A DNA stretch of 64,000 nt from Alphaproteobacteria bacterium (GTDB lineage Bacteria > Pseudomonadota > Alphaproteobacteria > Micavibrionales > UBA2020): positions 3,332 to 67,331 of the forward strand of contig DAOMYX010000006.1 of NCBI GenBank assembly GCA_035437825.1, read 5' to 3'. The first letter of the stretch is position 1. Every line of letters starts with the position of its first letter. Below the pieces are notes generated by a model. It was not told the origin of the DNA and searched no databases. It saw only the letters and a list, made by a program, of their open reading frames with translations. The translations under genes and the position numbers were made by a program. Positions 11,222 through 18,909 of the stretch are shown in pieces.

Positions 11222-12166
11222 CTAGTAGTTCCTGATAAGAAGCTCGCGGATATCCCCGCGCTTGTCAGGGTTCGAATTGATAACCCGCCTTGCCGCGACG
11301 CGCGAAATCTTGAAGCCTTCATAAAGCTTGTCAAAAAAATCATCCGCAGGGTCGTGATTTGTGGGGTCGGAATTGCTGAGAAGCTGCCGGACGCCTGCCG
11401 CAGACAATTCCCTATAAAGACTGCAAAGCCGCGCTTGTTCCGCATCGCTAAACGTGTCTTTGCTGTATGACGTGAAGCTGGCTGTTTTGCTGATAGGACG
11501 GTACGGCGGGTCATAATAAACGAATGTCTTCTTATCCGCATATTCCGCTGCCCTGGCGAAATCCGTCAAAGTAATCGTGGCCGATTGCAAGGCTTCGGCT
11601 GCCGCGCGCAGTTTTGATTCAAAAAGTATGGTCGGGTTTTTATACCTGCCGAACGGCACATTGAATTCGGATTTACTGTTGACCCTGAACAGGCCGTTAA
11701 AACAAGTACGGTTAAGAAAGACGGTGATGGCAGCCCGTTTCGCATTAACCGGATCTTTAGCCGCCGCCCTATGCGCCGCCGCGACGGTTTCGTTATATTC
11801 TGCACGGGCGGCATAATAATACGCCTTGCGCCCGTCTTCGTCTTTCGCAAGATAGGCATCCTGCCTTTTTGCCAGCGCATCCACCACAGCCCCGACGTCT
11901 TCTTTCAGCGAATTATAAAGAATCGCCAATTCCGGATTGACGTCGAACAGGTAGGATTTTTTGAAATGAAACTTGCTGGTCAGCGCAAAAAAAACGGCGC
12001 CGCTGCCGACAAACGGCTCGATATAGGTATCGATGGCTTTAGTGCCCAGACCTGGCGGACAATGCGCCTCGATTTCATCCAGCAACTGCGATTTTCCGCC
12101 CGCCCATTTCAGCACAGGCTGCGCCGCAGGGCGTTCAGCAAAATCTTTGGATACAGCGGGCTTCAT
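11222..12166 (-). CDS. DNA adenine methyltransferase, Dam/D12 class (DpnM-like)
   Basis: The start was re-picked at ATG 12166 (MKPAVSKDF). VLKWAGGKSQLL, EPFVGSGAVFF, FNGLFRVN and YYDPPYRP are Dam motifs. The stop lies 3 nt before the next methylase gene. Confidence 0.9.
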   Translation of the reverse strand: MKPAVSKDFAERPAAQPVLKWAGGKSQLLDEIEAHCPPGLGTKAIDTYIEPFVGSGAVFFALTSKFHFKKSYLFDVNPELAILYNSLKEDVGAVVDALAKRQDAYLAKDEDGRKAYYYAARAEYNETVAAAHRAAAKDPVNAKRAAITVFLNRTCFNGLFRVNSKSEFNVPFGRYKNPTILFESKLRAAAEALQSATITLTDFARAAEYADKKTFVYYDPPYRPISKTASFTSYSKDTFSDAEQARLCSLYRELSAAGVRQLLSNSDPTNHDPADDFFDKLYEGFKISRVAARRVINSNPDKRGDIRELLIRNY

Positions 12167-12171
12167 GGCTA

Positions 12172-12912
12172 TCAATTCACCATCGGCCGTGTGCCGCCGT
12201 GGGTCAGGACGTCGTGCGCGACGTAGGACAGGGCGAGGGCGACGAGGTAGATGAAAACGCACATCCACAGTGTATCGCGCTGCGTCCAGGTCTGGTTCAG
12301 ATGCGCCATGCGCTGCTTGTGTTTGACTTCGTAATTCCAGTTGCAGCTTTCCGCGCGCCAGAAGCCGTAGAGCAGCAAAAGCAGGTTGCCAATCGCAAAC
12401 CACTGCCACGGCACTTTCATGAAAATATCCGGCACTTTGCCCACCGTCAGGTAGCCCACCCAGGGCGCGCATTGCCAGACGACCATCACGCAAACGCTCA
12501 TCAGCACCAGTTTCGACCAGAAGCCCAGCTGCACATCGTCGGGCTTCAGCTGCGTCGATGTTTTTACATTCGCAAACATGCGGTTGACCTGAAACAGCAC
12601 AAAGCTGGACGCGACAAGGAAAATCAGCGCAAAGACCTGCAAGGCCTGAAAGACGCGGCGGTTGCAACCAACCTCGCTCAGCTGCTCGTTCACCGTGCAA
12701 AGAAGGTCATCGCCCAGCGCGCGCACATCAAAGGCGCAGATTTTAATCAGCGAGATGAAAATCAGCGCCAGCGCCCATTTGCGCAAACCTGCGCGTGCCA
12801 GCGACACGCCGCGTTTCAGCATGAAAAGTGCGAAAACAATCAAAATGGGGGCGGATGCAAAATATAAAAATTTTGCAAAGGGGATACAGTAAAACCAGCA
12901 AAGCGCCAGCAT
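12172..12912 (-). CDS. polytopic membrane protein of unknown function
   Basis: 246 aa with about 6-7 hydrophobic helices. The stop codon ends 5 nt upstream of the Dam start codon on the same strand. Its base composition resembles the RM genes rather than the flanks, judged by eye. Confidence 0.6.
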   Translation of the reverse strand: MLALCWFYCIPFAKFLYFASAPILIVFALFMLKRGVSLARAGLRKWALALIFISLIKICAFDVRALGDDLLCTVNEQLSEVGCNRRVFQALQVFALIFLVASSFVLFQVNRMFANVKTSTQLKPDDVQLGFWSKLVLMSVCVMVVWQCAPWVGYLTVGKVPDIFMKVPWQWFAIGNLLLLLYGFWRAESCNWNYEVKHKQRMAHLNQTWTQRDTLWMCVFIYLVALALSYVAHDVLTHGGTRPMVN

Positions 12913-13113
12913 GGAAAAGCCCGCCTTTTTGTGCCCTGTCCGCGGTTGCGGAATTGCCCAGCCAAATCAATCTTTTGCAAGTATGCACGATTGACGCGGA
13001 TGTGGCTATTTTTTATATCCTGCCCGCCCTGATTTTTGCCGCAACGCCGCATAAACGTCTGTTTTCAATACTTTTGCGGCGGATGCGCTTTGACTTTTTC
13101 AAAGGGCAAAGGC

Positions 13114-14076
13114 ATGCTGAAGCCCGTTGCAACAACCAATTGCATAATCATGCAGCAAGACAACAATCTGACCATCGACATCATCGGATACGACTGCGGC
13201 TGGGGCGGCGCCGATTACGGCTGCGAAGACGGGCCGCTGAAGTTTCCCTACGACCAGCTTATCGCGCGGCTGGCGGCTGCGGGGGTGCAAACGGGCTGGC
13301 GTGCGCCGCTCGGGCTCAAACACCTCGGCCTTCACGAAGAGTTTGCGAGCAAAGACAAAACCCTCGGCGTTTTGACGGAGGGGCTGAAACGCCTTGCCGC
13401 GCGCGTGGGCGCGGCCTCGGAAAAGCATCACATTCCGCTGGTCATCGGCGGTGACCATTCCTGCGCCATGGGCACATGGCCGGCCGTTGTGCGCGCGCGC
13501 AAAGCCCGCGAAGCCTTCGGCCTTATCTGGATTGACGCGCATCTGGATGCGCATACATACGAAACCTCTGCCACCGGAAAATGGGGCGGCTGGTGGCATG
13601 GCCAGCCGGTTGCCGCGCTGACAGGGCACGGCCTGCCCGTCTTGACATCCATCTGCGGCCGCGGGCCCAAATTATCGCCGCAGCATATCTGCATCATCGG
13701 CCCCCACAGCTTCGAGCCTGCGGAAAAAGAATTCGTCGAGCGGCACGGCATCCGCGTTTATTATCTGGATGAAGTGCAAAAGCGCGGTTTTCAGGCCGTG
13801 TTCACCGAAGCCCTCGCGCGGGTGCGCGGCGGCACGGCGGGCTTCGGGCTCAGCATCGACCTTGACGGCTTTTCCCCTGCCGACGCGCCCGGCGTTGCCA
13901 CGCGTGAAGACGTCGGCATTATGGCATCCGAAGCACTGCCCGCCCTCTCAGGTGTCGGGCATTTGCACGATTTCCGCGGGCTTGAGGTCGTCGAGTTCAA
14001 CCCGCACAAAGACATCGACGGCAAAACCGCCCGCCTGATGCTTGATTTAATCACACGCATTTTCCTAAAAGCCTGA
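13114..14076 (+). CDS. arginase/ureohydrolase family protein
   Basis: The Mn-binding motifs IGGDHSCAMG, WIDAHLDAHT and SIDLDGFSPADAPG are present. The start is uncertain: ATG 13114 or the in-frame ATG about 36 nt downstream (MQQDNN). Confidence 0.8.
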   Translation: MLKPVATTNCIIMQQDNNLTIDIIGYDCGWGGADYGCEDGPLKFPYDQLIARLAAAGVQTGWRAPLGLKHLGLHEEFASKDKTLGVLTEGLKRLAARVGAASEKHHIPLVIGGDHSCAMGTWPAVVRARKAREAFGLIWIDAHLDAHTYETSATGKWGGWWHGQPVAALTGHGLPVLTSICGRGPKLSPQHICIIGPHSFEPAEKEFVERHGIRVYYLDEVQKRGFQAVFTEALARVRGGTAGFGLSIDLDGFSPADAPGVATREDVGIMASEALPALSGVGHLHDFRGLEVVEFNPHKDIDGKTARLMLDLITRIFLKA

Positions 14077-14079
14077 TAC

Positions 14080-14094
14080 TTAATTGAAAATTAA
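14080..14094. promoter_or_regulatory. TTAA-N7-TTAA (CtrA-box-like) inside a perfect 11-bp inverted repeat, about 100 nt upstream of motA
   Basis: The sequence GATACTTAATT-gaa-AATTAAGTATC (14075-14099) contains TTAATTGAAAATTAA. Confidence 0.3.
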
Positions 14095-14195
14095 GTATCT
14101 CTGCTCCATACTGGAATTCCGGGACAGGACGTTCTCCGGATTTCGCGCACTCCCCGCGAAGGCGTTGCAAAACGAAGACAGGATGCAAGGACCGC

Positions 14196-15053
14196 ATGAT
14201 CAAGATAATCGGTCATATTGGCGTTGTCGTGGCCACCATCGGCGGATATGCCGCGATGGGCGGCAAAATCGCGGTTTTGAACCAGCCGTTTGAAGTCGTC
14301 ATCATTTTCGGCTCGGCCTGCGCGGCCTTCGTCACGGCGAATTCCAAACACGCTATCAAGGCGGCCATGGCCGACATCAAGGCCATCTATAAAAAAGACA
14401 AATACGGCAAGCAGGAATATCTTGAACTGCTCAGCATGCTTTATCTGGTTTTCAAAACCGCGCGCAGCAAAGGCTGGCTGGCGCTGGAACAGCACATCGA
14501 AAACCCGCACGATAGCGAGATTTTCAAAAAATTCCCCGGCTTTCACGCCGACCACCATGCCGTCACCTTCCTTTGCGATTATCTGCGCATCATCTCGCTC
14601 GGCGCGGAAAAGCCGCACGAGATTGAAGCGCTGATGGATCAGGAAATCGACACGCAGCGCGAAAGCCGCAACCATACATCGCACGCTATCCAGACCATGG
14701 CCGACGGTATGCCGGCGCTGGGTATCGTCGCCGCCGTTCTTGGCGTTATCAAAACCATGGGCGCGATTTCGGAACCGCCGGAAGTTCTGGGTAAACTTAT
14801 CGGCGGCGCGCTGGTGGGTACATTCCTCGGCGTGTGGCTGTCCTACGGCTTCATCGCCCCGATTGCGAGCGCGATGAAAGAGCGCAACGATGGCGAGCTG
14901 AAATACTACATCTGCATGAAAACCAGCATCCTTGCTTTCCTGCAGGGCGCCGCGCCGCAGGTGGCCGTCGAATTCGGCCGCAAGATTTTGCAGCACGACG
15001 TGCAGCCGACCTTCATGGAAGTCGAAGAAGCAACGCAGAACGTCACCGTTTAA
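14196..15053 (+). CDS. motA: flagellar motor stator protein MotA
   Basis: 285 aa with a four-TM layout. The C-terminal plug/TM3-4 region (GMPALGIVAAVLGVIKTMG ... GALVGTFLGV) is typical of MotA. Confidence 0.9.
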   Translation: MIKIIGHIGVVVATIGGYAAMGGKIAVLNQPFEVVIIFGSACAAFVTANSKHAIKAAMADIKAIYKKDKYGKQEYLELLSMLYLVFKTARSKGWLALEQHIENPHDSEIFKKFPGFHADHHAVTFLCDYLRIISLGAEKPHEIEALMDQEIDTQRESRNHTSHAIQTMADGMPALGIVAAVLGVIKTMGAISEPPEVLGKLIGGALVGTFLGVWLSYGFIAPIASAMKERNDGELKYYICMKTSILAFLQGAAPQVAVEFGRKILQHDVQPTFMEVEEATQNVTV

Positions 15054-15080
15054 CCGCCGCACCGTCCACGGAAAGAAGAT

Positions 15081-16070
15081 ATGGCGAAGGACGACGAAAA
15101 AAGACCCATTATCATCATCAAGAGGGTCAAGAAAGTGGAAGGCGGCCATCACGGCGGCGCCTGGAAAGTCGCCTATGCCGACTTCGTGACCGCGATGATG
15201 GCGTTCTTTTTGCTGCTGTGGCTTTTGAACGTGACGACGGCGGAGCAGAAAGACCTCATCTCCTCCTACTTCGCGCCCGCAGACCCGCGCATTTCTGAAT
15301 CGACCAGCGGCGCCGGCGGCGTCATGGGCGGACAGACCATGTCCGAAGAAGGCGCGATGACCGACGATAAAACCCCCGTATCCCAGCAGCGTGAACCCGC
15401 CGAAGGCGTCGGCCGCGAAGACGGGCAGGATGGTGTTGACCCCGCCCGCATCACCGAAAAAGAAGTCGATGCCGAGCTGGAGCGCCGCGACGAAAAAGCC
15501 TTCAAGGAAACCGAGGATAAATTGCGCGAGGCGATTGAATCCGTCCCCGACCTGCGGGAGCTGTCGCAAAACCTTCTCATCGACATGACGCCGGAGGGAC
15601 TGCGCATTCAAATCGTTGACCAGGAAGGCAAGCCGATGTTTGAAATCGGCTCGGCCAAGCCGCTGCCGCAGGCGGAAAAACTGCTGCGCCTGATTGCGCA
15701 GGTCGTGCGCGATTTGCCGAACAAGCTTTCCATCCGCGGTCATACCGATTCAAAACCCTACGGCCGCGACAATACCTACGGCAACTGGGAACTGTCTGCC
15801 GACCGCGCCAATGCCAGCCGCCGCGTGATGCTGGCCGCGCCGCTGGACCCTGTGCGCATTGAAAACGTGCAGGGCAAAGCCGACCGCGAGCCTTTGGTGC
15901 CGAACGACCCCGAAAATGCCCGCAACCGCCGCATCAGCATCATTTTGCTGAAACAGTCGATTGCGCCCGCCACGCCGCGCGCGGAGAAAAAACCGCCGCC
16001 CAAAACAACGCCGAAAAAAGACGAGCCGGCGAACCGCCGCCGCGAAGAAGGCGTTATCTACTTCCCGTGA
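15081..16070 (+). CDS. motB: flagellar motor protein MotB (OmpA-like C-terminal domain)
   Basis: 329 aa. It has GGAWKVAYADFVTAMMAFFLLLW (TM with the conserved Asp) and an OmpA-like region (IRGHTDSKPY...NWELSADRANASRR...NRRISI). Confidence 0.85.
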   Translation: MAKDDEKRPIIIIKRVKKVEGGHHGGAWKVAYADFVTAMMAFFLLLWLLNVTTAEQKDLISSYFAPADPRISESTSGAGGVMGGQTMSEEGAMTDDKTPVSQQREPAEGVGREDGQDGVDPARITEKEVDAELERRDEKAFKETEDKLREAIESVPDLRELSQNLLIDMTPEGLRIQIVDQEGKPMFEIGSAKPLPQAEKLLRLIAQVVRDLPNKLSIRGHTDSKPYGRDNTYGNWELSADRANASRRVMLAAPLDPVRIENVQGKADREPLVPNDPENARNRRISIILLKQSIAPATPRAEKKPPPKTTPKKDEPANRRREEGVIYFP

Positions 16071-16804
16071 CAACCTCTCCGCCAGACACAGAAGAAACGC
16101 CGCTTGAATTTTATCTGACGGCGGAATCGCCCTGCCCCTACCTGCCCAACCTGCAGGAGCGGCGCGTGCTAACCTTTCTGGATAAAAAAACGGCGCCTGC
16201 GCTCAACCCGCTTTTGCAAAACGGTTTCCGCCGCAGCCAGAACATGCTGTATCGCCCGCACTGCGCCGCGTGCAAGGCCTGCAAAAGCGTGCGCCTGCGG
16301 CTCAGCGGCTTCACGCCCGACGCCGCCGCGCGGCGCATTTTGCGCAAGAACGAAAACCTGACACCCGTGCATGGCGACGCCCTTTCATCACCTGTGCTTT
16401 TTGACCTGTTCCACCGTTACCAGCAAAGCCGCCACGCGGACGGCGGCATGGCGGATATGGGGGCAAACGATTTGCGCGACATGATAGAGCAGCACACAGG
16501 GCACGCGCGGTTGATGACCGCTGCGGACGATACCGGCGCGATTGTCTGCGCGATGCTTTATGACGACATGCAAGATGGCGTATCCGCCGTTTACAGTTTT
16601 TTTGACCCCGCGCTCTCGGCACGCAGCCTTGGCACATGGATGATTTTAAGCCTTGCCGCAGCGGCGCAGGCGCGCGGAAAAGATTATCTTTATCTCGGCT
16701 ACTGGATTGCTGCATCGCGCAAGATGGCCTATAAAGCCCGTTTCCAGCCCCTCGAGATTTTGCTAGAAAATGAGTGGAAAGATTTCAATACCGCTTCATT
16801 TTGA
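16067..16804 (+). CDS. bpt: arginyl-tRNA-protein transferase family (bacterial Bpt, N-end rule aminoacyl-transferase)
   Basis: 245 aa. CPYLPNLQERRV, NGFRRSQNMLYRPHCAACKAC and YLYLGYWI are present. The GTG start overlaps the motB stop (GTGA). Confidence 0.85.
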   Translation: MTTSPPDTEETPLEFYLTAESPCPYLPNLQERRVLTFLDKKTAPALNPLLQNGFRRSQNMLYRPHCAACKACKSVRLRLSGFTPDAAARRILRKNENLTPVHGDALSSPVLFDLFHRYQQSRHADGGMADMGANDLRDMIEQHTGHARLMTAADDTGAIVCAMLYDDMQDGVSAVYSFFDPALSARSLGTWMILSLAAAAQARGKDYLYLGYWIAASRKMAYKARFQPLEILLENEWKDFNTASF

Positions 16805-16822
16805 CAGCAAGGAGAACCGCCC

Positions 16823-17908
16823 TTGAAACGCCGCGACTTCATTAAAACCGCCGCCTTTGCAGGTGCGCTTGCGGGCGGCACAGCCGCCGCCTTCCCCGCG
16901 CCCGCCATCGCTAAAGGCTTGCGCAAATGGAACATGACCACGACATGGCCGAAAAACTTCCCCGGCCTTGGCACGGGCGCGGCAAAGATTGCGGAGTTTA
17001 TCACCAAAGCATCCGACGGCCGCCTGAGCGTTGATGTTTACGGCGCGGGCGAGCTTGTGCCCGCCTTCGATGCGATTGACGCGGTCGGCAACGGCTCGGT
17101 CGAAATGGGGCATGGCGCGTCTTATTACTGGAAAGGGAAAACGCCTGCGGCGCAGTTTATTTCCTCCATCCCCTTCGGGCTGGTCGCGCAGGAACAAAAC
17201 GCATGGATTTATTACGGCGGCGGACAGGCGCTCTGCGACGAAGTTTACGCCACCATGGGCTGCAAGTTTTTTTCGGGCGGCAACAGCGGCACGCAAATGG
17301 GCGGCTGGTACAACCGCGAGATTAACAGCATCGCGGACTACAAAGGCCTCAAACTGCGCATGCCCGGCCTTGGCGGTGAAGTCGCGCGCGCGGCGGGCGC
17401 GACAGTCGTCAATATTCCGGGCGGGGAGCTTTTGACCTCCATGCAATCCGGCACGATTGACGCGCTTGAATGGGTAGGCCCCTATAACGACCTTGCCTTC
17501 GGTTTTCACAAGGCGGCGAAGTATTACTACTACCCCGGCTGGCACGAACCGAACGCTATTCTGGATTGCTTCGTCAATCTTAAAGCCTTTGGCGAACTGC
17601 CGGCGGATTTGCAGGAAATCGTCACCATCGCCTGTCAGGCCGCCACCGTGAACATGACCAGCGAAATGGCCGCACGCAGCGGCAGCGCCCTTGCGCGCCT
17701 GCGCGGGGAATTCAAGGTGGATGTCCGCCCCTTCCCGCGCGAAGTTTTGAAAGAGCTGAAAACCCTGTCGCGCAAGGTCATCAATGACATTGCCGCGGGC
17801 GATGCGCTCAGCCAGAAGATTCTGGCCAGCCTTGAAAAATTCCAGAAAGAGCAGATGGACTACACCGACATCGCCGAGCGGGCGATGCTGGATGCCCGCG
17901 CGCTGTAA
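16823..17908 (+). CDS. TRAP transporter substrate-binding protein (DctP family) with Tat-type signal
   Basis: 361 aa. The start is TTG with an AAGGAG RBS. The signal is KRRDFIKTAAFAGALAGGTAAAFPAPAIA, followed by a DctP-like body. Confidence 0.85.
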   Translation: MKRRDFIKTAAFAGALAGGTAAAFPAPAIAKGLRKWNMTTTWPKNFPGLGTGAAKIAEFITKASDGRLSVDVYGAGELVPAFDAIDAVGNGSVEMGHGASYYWKGKTPAAQFISSIPFGLVAQEQNAWIYYGGGQALCDEVYATMGCKFFSGGNSGTQMGGWYNREINSIADYKGLKLRMPGLGGEVARAAGATVVNIPGGELLTSMQSGTIDALEWVGPYNDLAFGFHKAAKYYYYPGWHEPNAILDCFVNLKAFGELPADLQEIVTIACQAATVNMTSEMAARSGSALARLRGEFKVDVRPFPREVLKELKTLSRKVINDIAAGDALSQKILASLEKFQKEQMDYTDIAERAMLDARAL

Positions 17909-17924
17909 TATTCTTAAAGAATCT

Positions 17925-18033
17925 GGACACCGGCCTGCGCCGGTGTGACGATTTTTTTGTGACAGGACACAGGCGCGATGGGGCGCGCATGCTGTCCCCA
18001 TACAGCACGTCACACCGGCGCAGGCCGATGTCC
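17925..18033. repeat. REP/BIME-like element: two inverted copies of a 25-nt palindromic unit
   Basis: GGACACCGGCCTGCGCCGGTGTGAC lies at 17925-17949. Its reverse complement, with 1 mismatch, lies at 18009-18033. An internal GC hairpin (GCGCG-atgggg-CGCGC) sits between the two copies. Confidence 0.7.
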
Positions 18034-18060
18034 ATCTTTCAGCACAAGAAAAACGAGATT

Positions 18061-18119
18061 AAAGCGGCATACCTGGCTTTTTAAAGCGGCATACCTGGCT
18101 TTTTAAAGCGGCATACCTG
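18061..18119. repeat. 22-nt tandem repeat x2.7 spanning the stop codon of the 18103..18720 gene
   Basis: AAAGCGGCATACCTGGCTTTTT occurs at 18061-18082 and again at 18083-18104, with a third partial copy at 18105-18119. Confidence 0.85.
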
Positions 18120-18720
18120 CCGATGCCCGCGGCGCGGCGGCTTTGCGGCATTGCGTCCAGATATGCGGGCGGCTTTCAAGCACTGTCGTTACCTTCATCG
18201 CCGCGATTTCGAAACGCGTGTCGAGTTTATAGGCATCCTGCGTGCCGCGCGCGGCGGAATAGATTTCAAGCGCATCGGCGTACACACGCTGCGCGTCCGA
18301 CTGCGCATAACGCGGCCCCGTGACGGGGTCGGCCAGCTGTTCCATCATCAAAATCGCGCTGGCCTGAAAAAACAAACGCATATCGCCCGACTGGCGCGGG
18401 ATAACGCCGCAAAAATCGCGCGTGCAGGATGTTTGCATGCCCGTCACATCGCGGGAAAAGGCGAGCAAGCGGTTATTCAGCCAATCCGCCGGCTGCGATG
18501 AAAAAACGGCAGGGCCGGCAAGGCAGGCCGCGGCGGCCACCTGACGGCAATCGCCGCCGTGTTCGCAAATCAGGCGCGCCATGGCCACGGGGCCGCGCGC
18601 GTATTGGGCGCCGGCGGTTTCAATATCGCCTTCGAAACGGTCAAGGTACTTTGCCCAGCCCGCCTTGAACGCGTCTTGAAACAATGCCGTATCCGGCAGA
18701 CCTGTCTGCTGAAAATTCAT
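18103..18720 (-). CDS. hypothetical protein
   Basis: ORF 18103..18831. ATG 18720 (MNFQQTGL) is preferred as the start. Codon usage looks native (GC-rich third positions). I recognise no domain. Confidence 0.45.
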   Translation of the reverse strand: MNFQQTGLPDTALFQDAFKAGWAKYLDRFEGDIETAGAQYARGPVAMARLICEHGGDCRQVAAAACLAGPAVFSSQPADWLNNRLLAFSRDVTGMQTSCTRDFCGVIPRQSGDMRLFFQASAILMMEQLADPVTGPRYAQSDAQRVYADALEIYSAARGTQDAYKLDTRFEIAAMKVTTVLESRPHIWTQCRKAAAPRASAGMPL

Positions 18721-18909
18721 CAAAATACACACCCTGTTTTTTATGCGGCGGGGCGGACGTGCCGTGAAAAAGGCGTGCGCCTGTCCTGCCAATATATGAC
18801 GCTGCCGCGTACCGGACGGAATATAAGTCAAAGCGAGATATGCGAAAGCGGAGACGAGTTGTAAACCACAGGGGCGGCAGAGTCCAGATTTTTAGAAAAG
18901 CGTCTGATT

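Noticed and set aside
12167-12700. 178-aa N-terminal extension of the Dam methylase ORF (11222..12700).
   Set aside because: The extension is Arg/Ala/Pro-rich nonsense and overlaps the clearly hydrophobic, better-supported membrane-protein frame 12172..12912. The Dam homology starts right after ATG 12166.
12199-12867. 222-aa ORF on the plus strand opposite the RM-linked membrane protein gene.
   Set aside because: Its sequence is basic and His/Gln/Arg-rich with no motif. The minus-strand frame gives regular TM helices and is positioned for coupling to the methylase gene.
9430-13113. Search for mobility signatures around the RM island (integrase, transposase, tRNA target, flanking direct repeats).
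   Set aside because: No such genes or tRNA are present, and I could not find flanking direct repeats by eye. The island call rests only on composition and gene content.
17808-18035. Small ORFs reading through the REP-like elements (17808..18035, 62195..62614, 62551..62736) that share peptide strings such as GLRRCDV and HTGAGRC.
   Set aside because: The shared peptides are simply translations of the repeated palindromic DNA unit. The ORFs otherwise overlap real genes in antisense.
18061-18119. Tandem repeats at 18061-18119, 40295-40374 and 53813-53860 considered as a possible CRISPR array.
   Set aside because: The units are directly adjacent, with no spacers. There are only 2-3 copies. No cas genes are present in the window.
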